Source: an uncultured Candidatus Saccharibacteria bacterium (GTDB taxonomy: Bacteria > Patescibacteriota > Minisyncoccia > Minisyncoccales > PEYH01). From it: DNA of 33,276 nucleotides. The notes beneath the pieces were generated by a model. The model saw only the letters and a list, made by a program, of their open reading frames with translations. It was not told where the DNA came from and did no database searches. Below are positions 8,298-16,424 of the stretch, piece by piece. Positions within the stretch are counted from its first letter, which is position 1; each line of letters opens with the position of its first letter. The stretch lies in the NCBI GenBank assembly GCA_964636195.1, contig CAZWQR010000001.1, positions 1 through 33,276 of the forward strand. The letters run 5' to 3'. The translations under genes and the position numbers were made by a program.

Positions 8298-8917
8298 GTT
8301 TTTTTGTTTAATTTTAAATAGAAAATTGTGGTAAAAGCGAAGCTAATGCTAAAACCTATAGACAACAGTGAAGGAAAGGCGGACTTTGGGCGAGAAACAG
8401 TTTTCAGAGGTTTTTTAGAAACCTCTTCCGATTTGCTATTAGCTTTTTTAGGGGTGCCGCCTGTGACAAAACTCGTTTGCCAAGAATCGTTTTTGCGTTC
8501 CATCGTTCTTTTAGCTTCATTGTCGCCAGCCGGCCATCCCAGAGAACAGTCAAGCTCGTCAATCGTCTCTCCGTTCTCGTTTAAGAGGATAAGATATTCG
8601 CCCCTATTGTTCAAGCTGCCTTTATAAATTTGGTCTGCCTCAATCTCTGGCAGGGTGCTGTCGTCGGTTCTCTCTAATAGAAAATAAGAAAATGGTTCAA
8701 TACTTCCTTGTAATTGGATTAAAAGGTTCTCATTTTGATTTTTTAAAATCCAACCCTTAAGATTAATTGTTCTGTCTTCTTCATTATAAAGCTCAATCCA
8801 TTCATTTTGCCATTGCTCGCTCGTTCCCATCCAAGCTACTTCATTCATTATTAAAGCGAAAGCTTCTGCCGGCAAGAGCAGGCAAACAATGGCTATTATT
8901 GTTTTAGCTTTACTCAT
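8294..8917 (-). CDS. Lamin-tail-domain (LTD) protein with signal peptide and C-terminal hydrophobic anchor
   Basis: Signal-like N-terminus MSKAKTIIAIVCLLLPAEAFA. LTD pattern IMNEVAW...NEWIELYN...INLKGWIL...LNNRGEYLILLNENGETIDEL. C-terminal hydrophobic stretch LLSIGFSISFAFTTIFYL. 4-nt overlaps with ruvB and yebC. Confidence 0.7.
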   Translation of the reverse strand: MSKAKTIIAIVCLLLPAEAFALIMNEVAWMGTSEQWQNEWIELYNEEDRTINLKGWILKNQNENLLIQLQGSIEPFSYFLLERTDDSTLPEIEADQIYKGSLNNRGEYLILLNENGETIDELDCSLGWPAGDNEAKRTMERKNDSWQTSFVTGGTPKKANSKSEEVSKKPLKTVSRPKSAFPSLLSIGFSISFAFTTIFYLKLNKKT

Positions 8918-9894
8918 TGCTTATTAAAGCTTTTTAGGTGCTGATATGCTTTTTTTGTAGCCACTCTGCCTCGAGAAGTTCTTTGAACCAGTCCTAATTG
9001 CATTAAGTATGGCTCATAAACTTCTAAAATGTTGTCTTTTTCTTCATTGGCAGCGGCTGCTAAAGCCTGAAGCCCCACTGGTCCTCCTTTAAATTTTTCA
9101 ATGAGGGTAAGAAGGATTTTTCTATCCTGAGGCTCTAGTCCCAGGCTATCCACCTCCAGCTCTTTTAAAGCCAATTTTGTTATTTCCAAATCTATTACAC
9201 CACTTGATTTTACTTCGGCAAAATCTCTGATTCTTTTTAATAATCGATTAGCAATTCTAGGCGTAAAGCGTGAACAAGCGCCTATTTTTTTGACTGCCTC
9301 TTCTTTTATTTCTGTTTCTAGAATTTTAGCTGATTGTCTTATTATCTCTTCAATTTCGGTTTGGTTATAGAAATTAACTTGGAAAATGGCACCAAAGCGA
9401 CTTCTCAGCGGAGAAGAGAGTAGCCCGATTCTGGTAGTGGCTCCGATTAAGGTAAAATGGGGGAGCTCTATGTCAATGCTTTTAGCCATGGGGCCTGTCC
9501 CTGTTAAAAGGTTTAGCTTGAAATTTTCTATAGCTGGATAAATTATTTCCTCGCAGATTTTATTCATTCTATGTATTTCGTCAATAAAAAGGATATCCTT
9601 TTCTTCTAAAGAAGTTAGTATCGCAGCCAGATCGCCTGGCCTTTGTAAAGTGGGGCCGGAGATATTTTTGAAATTACCCTTGCTTTCTTGGGCCACCAAA
9701 TAAGAGAGGCTGGTTTTGCCCAAGCCGGGCCCCCCGGAAAAGAGAATATGGTCAATTGCTTCCTCTCTTTTGCTTGCGGCCTCAATCATTATTCTAATAT
9801 TCCTTTTTATCTTGGTTTGCCCTATAAAGTCGTCCCAGCTTTTGGGTCTTAAGGTTTTATCGAGCTGGGTTTCGTTGTTATTCTTGACAGACAT
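8914..9894 (-). CDS. ruvB: Holliday junction branch-migration ATPase RuvB
   Basis: LRPKSWDDFIGQ, Walker A GPGLGKTS, Walker B LFIDEIHR, 326 aa. Confidence 0.95.
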   Translation of the reverse strand: MSVKNNNETQLDKTLRPKSWDDFIGQTKIKRNIRIMIEAASKREEAIDHILFSGGPGLGKTSLSYLVAQESKGNFKNISGPTLQRPGDLAAILTSLEEKDILFIDEIHRMNKICEEIIYPAIENFKLNLLTGTGPMAKSIDIELPHFTLIGATTRIGLLSSPLRSRFGAIFQVNFYNQTEIEEIIRQSAKILETEIKEEAVKKIGACSRFTPRIANRLLKRIRDFAEVKSSGVIDLEITKLALKELEVDSLGLEPQDRKILLTLIEKFKGGPVGLQALAAAANEEKDNILEVYEPYLMQLGLVQRTSRGRVATKKAYQHLKSFNKQ

Positions 9895-9912
9895 TTATAT
9901 ATTTGTTATAAT
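9883..9912 (+). promoter_or_regulatory. Consensus sigma70-type promoter pointing into the pilB-ruvB spacer
   Basis: TTGACA at 9883-9888, 18-nt spacer, extended -10 TGtTATAAT at 9904-9912. No plus-strand ORF follows. It overlaps the ruvB start codon on the other strand. Confidence 0.5.
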
Positions 9913-9919
9913 AAAAACT

Positions 9920-10038
9920 AATCCCTGGCTAAATTAGGGACTTTTCTCAGCCCTGGGTATCCTGGCTCCGGCTGGGGTATTCCTCGGAAAACTCCTGGGT
10001 CTTTTAATAGAAGATTTTAGCCAGGGATTTGTGTTTTT
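9920..10038 (+). ncRNA. Candidate ~118-nt GC-rich rod-like small RNA of unknown family
   Basis: The predicted TSS coincides with the 14-nt arm AATCCCTGGCTAAA (9920-9933). That arm pairs perfectly with TTTAGCCAGGGATT (10016-10029) and is followed by TGTGTTTTT. The interior pairs by hand: 9936-41/9999-10004, 9942-47/9986-91, 9955-60/9977-82, and 9961-66/9971-76 closing a UCCG loop. It is a GC island in AT-rich sequence with no ORF. Confidence 0.4.
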
Positions 10039-11329
10039 AGTTTTCTTCAGCTACTCTTTTGACTTCTTCAATTGTGGTTACTCCTTGTAAAACTTTTAAA
10101 ATTCCATCTTGAAACATTGGAACCATTCCTTGTTTCAAAGCTAATTTTTTGATTTCCGGAATAGAAGGATTTTTCAATATTAATGACTCTATCTCGTCGT
10201 TGCTGGTAAAGGCCTCAAAAATAGCTACTCTTCCTTTATAGCCGGTATTGTTACACTGCTTGCAACCCTTCACTACAGGAATTGTAATATTCTCGTCTAT
10301 TTTTTTATTTACCGCCTTGGCTGCCTTTCTTATTTTGACTAGTTCCTCGGGCGTGGGCTTTCGTTGCCCGCTGCAATGTTTGCAGACTCTTCTTACTAAA
10401 CGTTGGGCTACCACCATATTGAAGGCTGGCCCGATATTAACGGGTTTAGCTCCTAAGGAAGTGAGACGGGGGATAGTGCCGGCAGCATCGTTGGTATGCA
10501 ATGTTGAAAACACCAAGTGGCCAGTCAAAGAGGCCTGAAGCGCTATCTGGGCTGTTTCTAAATCTCTAATTTCTCCTACTAGAATGACGTCTGGGTCTTG
10601 TCTTACAATAGAGCGCAGTCCACTAGCAAAATTGTAACCTTTTTTTTCATCTACTTGAGTTTGGGAAACGCCATCTAATTGGTATTCAATTGGGTCTTCA
10701 ATAGTAATGATTTTAATTTCTGGCTTTTTCAAATATTTAAGAAAGGCGTACAAAGTGGTTGTTTTACCTGAGCCAGTAGGACCGGTAACAATTATCATTC
10801 CGTTAGGCCTTTCAATTTCTTTTTTAAAAAGAGCCGAGAGATCTTCTCTTAAGCCAAGATCTTCAATGCTTTTTAAACTTTCTGGATTTAAAATTCTCAT
10901 TACAATTGATTCTCCAAAATTAGCTGGCAGAGCAGAAGTTCTGATTTCGATTTCAGGGAAGTCTTTTCCCATTTTAATACTGAAGCTTCCATCTTGAGGT
11001 TTGTTGTGTACGTTTAATTTTAAGGAGGCCAAAAGTTTTATTCTGGAGAGCAGTTGGTGATAAATTTCATGAGGAATATCTAGCACATCATGAAGCATTC
11101 CGTCTAGCCTGATTCTTAGGCGGACTTGTGTTTCTTCTGGCTCAAAGTGAATATCAGAAGCAGATAGGAATATGGCGCCAAGCATTATTAACTCCAGTAA
11201 TGTACTGGTATCCTTTTGCATATTTGCCTGGATTATCTTACTGAACCCCTCAAGCGTCTTAACTTCCTTTTTAATCTTAATACTATTTTCTTGCTTAACT
11301 ACGATTTTGTCTGTAATTTGTTCAAGCAT
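10037..11329 (-). CDS. GspE/PilB-family type II/IV secretion (type IV pilus assembly) ATPase
   Basis: Walker A GPTGSGKTTT, Asp box EDPIEY, Walker B ILVGEIRD, His box TGHLVFSTLHTN, and a C-terminal tetracysteine CKHC...CKQC. Confidence 0.9.
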   Translation of the reverse strand: MLEQITDKIVVKQENSIKIKKEVKTLEGFSKIIQANMQKDTSTLLELIMLGAIFLSASDIHFEPEETQVRLRIRLDGMLHDVLDIPHEIYHQLLSRIKLLASLKLNVHNKPQDGSFSIKMGKDFPEIEIRTSALPANFGESIVMRILNPESLKSIEDLGLREDLSALFKKEIERPNGMIIVTGPTGSGKTTTLYAFLKYLKKPEIKIITIEDPIEYQLDGVSQTQVDEKKGYNFASGLRSIVRQDPDVILVGEIRDLETAQIALQASLTGHLVFSTLHTNDAAGTIPRLTSLGAKPVNIGPAFNMVVAQRLVRRVCKHCSGQRKPTPEELVKIRKAAKAVNKKIDENITIPVVKGCKQCNNTGYKGRVAIFEAFTSNDEIESLILKNPSIPEIKKLALKQGMVPMFQDGILKVLQGVTTIEEVKRVAEEN

Positions 11330-11332
11330 AAA

Positions 11333-12418
11333 TTAGCTTATTATTTTTAAAATTTGTTTTTTGGCTTGGTGTGGATCTTTAGTGTTTATGCTAAAAAGAA
11401 TGGCCTTGCCTTTTTCTTGACCCTGGAATTCCTTTTTAATTTTTTGGTTTAATTCTTTTTGATGAGAATAAAAAACAGCCTGGACTTCGGGGCGCGTTAA
11501 AGATTGCCAGATTAAAAGTAACCTAGGGAAGCAAAAGGTTTTGGTAATAAGCTGCTGAAGCAGGAATTTAATATCCTGGCTGGTTGTATTGGTTTTTTTA
11601 AATTTTTCTGACGAGAGGGTTATTATAGGAAGGTTTTTTTCTTCTAGAACCTCAAGCGCTTTTAGGCTTTCTTGGAGAAGTTTTGTTTGGGCGTCGTTTT
11701 TTTTGCAGAAGATGGCTAATAATTTTTGGTAATCTATTCCAGTGCTTATTAATGCCAGAAGGTTGGCTAGGGTTTTTTCGTCGTTGTTCTTTTTTTCTTT
11801 CTCTAAATAGCCAATTGTGCCAGAAAGCAACCAGAGCCCTACATTTTTATCTATTTTGTAGTTTGCTTTGCTTAATAATTCTTTGAGAATTAGAGACAGA
11901 GCACTTTTTTCATTTAAGAGATTAAGGCTGCCGAACTGGTTGTTAGTTTTTTGGTTATCAATATTCAAAATAGGGGTCTCATAAAAAAGTTTGAAATTTT
12001 TTTCGTAAAAACTGCCTATCTGCTCCAAGTTTTGGATGCCGATTGTTATTATGAGATCAATTTTTTTATTGGGTTCGGGCAAGGCCTGTATTTGAATATT
12101 ATTTCGGTCAATTTGTCCATCTTTTATTGTTAGAAATATTTTGAGAACTCTTTTTTCTCTCTCGTAGCGAAGCTCAGTTACTTCTTTATCCCTAATAGTT
12201 ATTACAAAATTTTTAGGCAATGATTTTTGTTTAGGTTTTAGGGGGTAATTCCAAGGTAATTTTTTGGGAAGAAGATTTACAATTTTGCCGCTCTTATTTA
12301 AGGTATAGAAAAGCGAAAGAGCTGAACCCAGCTGGTCAAAGTTGGGTTGTTTGGGTAGAATGATTAAAAGAGTGTCTGCTTTATTGATTAGTTCTGTTAC
12401 TTGTTCTATGGCGTCCAT
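11333..12418 (-). CDS. NrnA/DHH-family-like protein with degenerate catalytic motifs
   Basis: The N-terminus ADTLLIILPKQPNFDQLGSALSLFYTL aligns by eye to the DHH motif I region (H..PDGDaiGSalal). NIDNQKTNNQFG sits where IDHH.gn..fg is expected. The His/Asp ligands are replaced. Confidence 0.4.
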   Translation of the reverse strand: MDAIEQVTELINKADTLLIILPKQPNFDQLGSALSLFYTLNKSGKIVNLLPKKLPWNYPLKPKQKSLPKNFVITIRDKEVTELRYEREKRVLKIFLTIKDGQIDRNNIQIQALPEPNKKIDLIITIGIQNLEQIGSFYEKNFKLFYETPILNIDNQKTNNQFGSLNLLNEKSALSLILKELLSKANYKIDKNVGLWLLSGTIGYLEKEKKNNDEKTLANLLALISTGIDYQKLLAIFCKKNDAQTKLLQESLKALEVLEEKNLPIITLSSEKFKKTNTTSQDIKFLLQQLITKTFCFPRLLLIWQSLTRPEVQAVFYSHQKELNQKIKKEFQGQEKGKAILFSINTKDPHQAKKQILKIIS

Positions 12419-12454
12419 ATTAATCTAATTTAGCTTTTATTGTTTTAAAAGTCA

Positions 12455-12886
12455 ATGATTGTAAATTCTCTTAAGGGGACAAAAAAACTAGCTCAGAAGT
12501 TGGCCCGAACTTCTTGTTGTAGGATAATTGGACTCCAGGGGGAGCTGGGCAGCGGCAAAACAACTTTTGTCCAATTTTTTGCAAAAGCCCTGGGGGTAAA
12601 AGATAAAATTTTAAGCCCCACTTTTGTGATTTTTAAAAGTTTTGTTTTAAAGAACAAATACTTTGAAAAACTTTATCATTTTGACTGCTATAGAATAAAC
12701 CAACCAAAGGAAATCTTGGATTTGGGGTTTAAAGAAATAATAGCCGACAAGAAGAATATTATTTTGATTGAATGGTCTGACAAAATAGAAGAACTTCTTC
12801 CTTCAGAAGCCGTTATTCTAGAATTTAGGTTTATTGATAAAAACAAAAGAGAAATCAATGTTAGACAAAAAACTAGTAATAATTGA
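12455..12886 (+). CDS. tsaE: tRNA t6A37 biosynthesis ATPase TsaE
   Basis: GLQGELGSGKTTFVQFFAKALGV...SPTF...YHFDCYR...IEW are YjeE/TsaE signatures. 143 aa. Confidence 0.88.
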   Translation: MIVNSLKGTKKLAQKLARTSCCRIIGLQGELGSGKTTFVQFFAKALGVKDKILSPTFVIFKSFVLKNKYFEKLYHFDCYRINQPKEILDLGFKEIIADKKNIILIEWSDKIEELLPSEAVILEFRFIDKNKREINVRQKTSNN

Positions 12887-13781
12887 TTCCAACGCCTTAA
12901 TCCATCGCGCTTTTCATGCTCTACCTGAGCTCACTTCGCCTGATGGCTTTTTAGTAAACGCTGTTTACGGTTTTTTGCTTATTTTTTTGAAGGCTTTGAA
13001 AGATTTGCAGCCGGATTATCTAGCTGCTGCCTTTGATTTACCCGGTCCTACTTTTAGAGATGAAATTTACAAAGGTTATAAAGCTAAGAGACCCAAAGCG
13101 CCTGATGAACTTTATCAGCAGATTCCTCTAGTTAAAGAAATTCTTAATCTTTTTTTGGTGCCCATTTTTGAAAAGCAGGGTTATGAAGCAGATGACATTA
13201 TAGGCACCATCGCTGTCCAGGCTGAGAAAAGGCAAATTTCCCCTTACTTGGAGATAATTATAATCACCGGTGATTTAGACGCTTTAAGATTAGTTAATAA
13301 GCACACCAAGGTTTTTACTTTAAGAAAAGGCCTTAAAGACACAATTCTCTATGATGTGGAAAAAGTTAAGCAAAAATACCAAGGGCTTGAGCCCCAACAG
13401 CTTACAGATTATAGAGCTTTGAGAGGCGATCCTTCTGACAATATTCCTGGAGTGACTGGAATTGGAGAGAAAACCGCCATTACTCTTTTGAAAAACTATC
13501 ATACACTGGACAATATTTACGATTTATTAGAACGAGGAAAAGAACTAAAAGAGGTCAGTAAAAGAATTGAAGAGAAGTTAAGACGATATAAGGAACAGGC
13601 CTATTTTTCTAAGAGTTTAGCTGAGATTGAATTTAATGTACCCTTAGATTTTAAGCTAGAGCAATGTAAAAGAGAAAAGTTTGATAAAGAGAAAGCCGTA
13701 GAGCTCTTTAAGCGCTATGGATTTCAAAGCTTGATTAATCGTTTGCCCGAATCAAAGCAAATTAGTTTAGGCGATTTTTGA
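12858..13781 (+). CDS. Stand-alone 5'-3' exonuclease / flap endonuclease (Pol I N-terminal-domain type)
   Basis: LVIIDSNALIHRAFHALP, YKAKRPKAPDEL, YEADDIIGT, ITGDLDALRL and GDPSDNIPGVTGIGEKTA (H3TH). No polymerase domain follows. The start was chosen at the MLDKK ATG (12858); the ORF track extends to 12834. Confidence 0.88.
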   Translation: MLDKKLVIIDSNALIHRAFHALPELTSPDGFLVNAVYGFLLIFLKALKDLQPDYLAAAFDLPGPTFRDEIYKGYKAKRPKAPDELYQQIPLVKEILNLFLVPIFEKQGYEADDIIGTIAVQAEKRQISPYLEIIIITGDLDALRLVNKHTKVFTLRKGLKDTILYDVEKVKQKYQGLEPQQLTDYRALRGDPSDNIPGVTGIGEKTAITLLKNYHTLDNIYDLLERGKELKEVSKRIEEKLRRYKEQAYFSKSLAEIEFNVPLDFKLEQCKREKFDKEKAVELFKRYGFQSLINRLPESKQISLGDF

Positions 13782-13786
13782 GGATG

Positions 13787-13795
13787 TGATATAAT
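13787..13795 (+). promoter_or_regulatory. Extended -10 element (TGaTATAAT) 6 nt upstream of the 13802 ATG
   Basis: Exact TGnTATAAT match. The position implies a leaderless or nearly leaderless mRNA, if the element is used. Confidence 0.3.
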
Positions 13796-13801
13796 ATTGG
13801 A

Positions 13802-14404
13802 ATGGCTGAAAAAGTTACTCAAAAAATAGTTGATAAACTTAAACAAATACCCGGTAATGTTAGGGGAGCTGTTATTTTAGGGGGTATCGAATTTTTAGAG
13901 CGGGAAGGCGGAGAAAAGGCGATTGAAAAGTTTAAACAGCGCATTAAAGAGCTGGGGCTGGATATTTCTCCAGAAAAGTTAAAGCCAATGCAATTTTATC
14001 CTGAGCACCTAAGCGTTTTGGTGATTCTTTTAAGCGCCGAAATTTTAAATCTTGACCAAAAAGGGGTTTTTAGAATGGGACAAGAGAATTTGAAACATTC
14101 CTTTTTTATGAAGCTTTTTATTCATTATTTTGTTTCTCTTAGAAGAACTTTTAACGAAACTCCAAAATATTGGCAAAAACATTTTGATTTTGGAGAAATT
14201 GAGCCCGTGGAGCTTAACGAGAAAGAAAGGTATATTGTAGTTAGAGTAAAGGGCTACAAGTTTCATCCCATTATGTGTACTTATCATGCAGGCTATTTTC
14301 TAAAAGTTGCTCAAATGGCTCTGGGCAGCAAAGAGGTAACCATTGAAGAAACTAAGTGCATGTTTAGAGGAGATCCCTATCATGAATTTGTACTTCGCTG
14401 GTAA
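13802..14404 (+). CDS. V4R/H-NOX-fold-like (DUF2378-like) putative ligand-binding protein
   Basis: 200 aa and soluble. The C-terminus RYIVVRVKGYKFHPIMCTYHAGYFLKVAQMALGSKEVTIEETKCMFRGDPYHEFVLRW resembles the V4R pattern (C...G.l.g......v.v.E..C...GD....F). Its stop is 1 nt before the kinase ATG. Coding is likely; the family call is tentative. Confidence 0.4.
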   Translation: MAEKVTQKIVDKLKQIPGNVRGAVILGGIEFLEREGGEKAIEKFKQRIKELGLDISPEKLKPMQFYPEHLSVLVILLSAEILNLDQKGVFRMGQENLKHSFFMKLFIHYFVSLRRTFNETPKYWQKHFDFGEIEPVELNEKERYIVVRVKGYKFHPIMCTYHAGYFLKVAQMALGSKEVTIEETKCMFRGDPYHEFVLRW

Positions 14405-14405
14405 T

Positions 14406-15968
14406 ATGGACAAGAAGATGAGTGTAGAAAATAAGCTAGAAAGACTACAAGAGGACTTAAATGATGTTACCTCTTATTTAAATGATTTTTTGGCTTTTTT
14501 ACCCTCTCCTTTTTGTACTGTTACTCCTAGCGCTGTTATCGGAAATTTAAACAAGGCCTTTGAAAGGTTTAGTGGCTTTAATTTGAGTGAAGCGCTGGGC
14601 GAGAGGTTGGATAGTTTTTTTGAGGCAAAAAAAGACATAGCTGATTTGTTAAAAGACGCCGAAGATAGATATTTTATTAGAAACAGAGAGGCGGTTTTTA
14701 TTACTAAAAAGGGTGAGAGAATCCCTGTTAGTCTTTCGTGCGGCGCTAAGAGGAATGAGCGTGGGGAGTTGATGGGTTTTTTTCTAACTATGACTGATAT
14801 TTCGGAGCTTAAAAAGCTTCAAAAGGAGACTGAGAAGAAGATTAAAGAAAGGACAAAAGATTTAAAAGAATCGCGAAGAGCCCTTTTGAACATTTTAGAA
14901 GACACGGAACTTGCTAGACGCCGCTCTGAAACCGAGCGGAATAAAGCAGAAACTATTTTTCGTAATTTTGTAGACGGACTTTTGATTCTTAACCAACAGC
15001 AGAATTTTGAGCTGATAAATCCAGCAGCTGAGAATTATTTGAATGTTAAAGAAAAGGATTATTTAGGTAAAAAATTATCTTCTTTGAAAGAAAGAAAGGA
15101 TTTAAGGAAATTTTTGAAAATAATTAGCTCTGATAAAGAAATTTTTAGGCAAGAGTTTGCTATACCCGAAAAAGAACTTACTCTAGAGGCCAGTACGCGC
15201 TTTGTTTATTTGAATAAAGAACAGTTAGTTACTTTGATAATTGTGCATGACATTACTAGAGAAAAGATGGTTGAGCGCCTGAAAAGCCAATTTGTCTCTG
15301 TGGCCGCTCACCAGTTGAGAACTCCCCTTTCTATAATTAAGTGGAGCTTGTCTATGCTTTTAGAGGGAGATGTGGGGCTTTTAACTAATGCTCAGAAAGA
15401 CATGGTGACCAAGGCCAGTGAAACCAATGAAAGGATGATCCGTTTGATTAATGATTTGCTTAATGTTGCTCGTATTGAAGAAGGGCGCTTTGTTTATCAT
15501 CCCAAAACGGTTGACTTAATAGAACTCTTAGAAGATGTTGCCGAGCCCGCTAAAACTATGGCCTATAGCAAAGGAATAAAGTTTGAGTTCAAAAAGCCCA
15601 AGGATGACAAATCAAAGATTGTTAAGGTAGATATTGAAAAAATTAGCTTGGCCGTGAAAAATCTTCTAGACAATGCCATACATTATACAGAACCCAAAGG
15701 TAAGGTTACTTTGATAGCTGAGCGCAAGAAAGACAGAGTTTTTGTTTCTGTGAAAGACAGCGGTATTGGGATTCCCAAAGACCAGCAAGACAGGGTCTTC
15801 AGTAAGTTTTTTAGAGCTGACAATGCAGTAAGAACCGATACTGAAGGTACTGGCTTGGGACTTTTTATCACCAAAAACATCATTGAAGCTCATAAAGGAG
15901 AGATAAGCTTTACTTCCCAAGAAGGCAAAGGCACTATGTTTACCTTTTCTTTACCTGTTATCGGCTAG
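14406..15968 (+). CDS. Soluble PAS-PAS sensor histidine kinase (HisKA + HATPase_c)
   Basis: H box SVAAHQLRTPLS, N box LLDNAIHYT, G1 VKDSGIGIP, F box FSKFFRAD, G2 GTGLGLFI. Two PAS-like segments and a coiled coil. No TM helix. The start was chosen at ATG 14406; the ORF track extends to 14343, inside the upstream gene. Confidence 0.9.
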   Translation: MDKKMSVENKLERLQEDLNDVTSYLNDFLAFLPSPFCTVTPSAVIGNLNKAFERFSGFNLSEALGERLDSFFEAKKDIADLLKDAEDRYFIRNREAVFITKKGERIPVSLSCGAKRNERGELMGFFLTMTDISELKKLQKETEKKIKERTKDLKESRRALLNILEDTELARRRSETERNKAETIFRNFVDGLLILNQQQNFELINPAAENYLNVKEKDYLGKKLSSLKERKDLRKFLKIISSDKEIFRQEFAIPEKELTLEASTRFVYLNKEQLVTLIIVHDITREKMVERLKSQFVSVAAHQLRTPLSIIKWSLSMLLEGDVGLLTNAQKDMVTKASETNERMIRLINDLLNVARIEEGRFVYHPKTVDLIELLEDVAEPAKTMAYSKGIKFEFKKPKDDKSKIVKVDIEKISLAVKNLLDNAIHYTEPKGKVTLIAERKKDRVFVSVKDSGIGIPKDQQDRVFSKFFRADNAVRTDTEGTGLGLFITKNIIEAHKGEISFTSQEGKGTMFTFSLPVIG

Positions 15969-15969
15969 G

Positions 15970-15978
15970 TGGTATAAT
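15970..15978 (+). promoter_or_regulatory. Extended -10 element (TGgTATAAT) upstream of the receiver genes
   Basis: Exact TGnTATAAT match 2 nt after the kinase stop and 50 nt before ATG 16029. Confidence 0.3.
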
Positions 15979-16028
15979 TAAGAATATCAGTTTGACTGTT
16001 TTTAATTAGAGAATTAAAATAGTTTAAT

Positions 16029-16409
16029 ATGGCTAAAAAAATATTAATAGTCGAAGATGAAGAGCTTCTGCTTGATTTTTTAAAGCGCAAGTTAACTGAA
16101 CTTGATTATAGAGTTTCAGTAGCTACAAATGGCTTAGAGGCCTTAAAAAGTCTTCAATCAAATGTCCCTGATTTAGTTTTATTGGACATAGTAATGCCTA
16201 AGATGGGAGGCTTTGAATTATTGGAGAAGATGAAGTCAGACAGTACTCTTAAGGAGGTGCCTACAATTATAATTTCTAACTCAGGCCAACCCGTTGAAAT
16301 TGAGAAAGCCAAGAAATTGGGAGTTCGGGATTGGCTTATCAAAACTGAGTTTGACCCCCAGGAAGTGGTAGATAAAGTAGTTAAGCAAATTGGTAGGGCG
16401 TCTGAATAA
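16029..16409 (+). CDS. Single-domain response regulator (receiver only)
   Basis: 126 aa. Acidic pocket VEDEE, phospho-acceptor LLDIVMP, ISNSG (Ser/Thr position), conserved Lys in LIK. No output domain. Confidence 0.9.
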   Translation: MAKKILIVEDEELLLDFLKRKLTELDYRVSVATNGLEALKSLQSNVPDLVLLDIVMPKMGGFELLEKMKSDSTLKEVPTIIISNSGQPVEIEKAKKLGVRDWLIKTEFDPQEVVDKVVKQIGRASE

Positions 16410-16424
16410 TTAATAATTAATTCT

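Noticed and set aside
9920-10029. Identification of the GC-rich element as SRP (4.5S) RNA, a riboswitch or a tRNA-like element
   Set aside because: It is rod-like, as SRP RNA is, but neither strand shows the conserved domain IV features (GNRA tetraloop flanked by AGCA / GGAA-type loops). There is no T-loop GTTCGAATC. I could place no riboswitch consensus (c-di-GMP, ZTP, fluoride, guanidine). It is left as unknown.
4758-12418. 7.6-kb block of minus-strand genes immediately to the right of the putative origin (head-on to replication)
   Set aside because: The observation is real, but strand bias cannot be judged from one window. The exact origin and skew are unknown, and weak co-orientation is plausible for small streamlined genomes.
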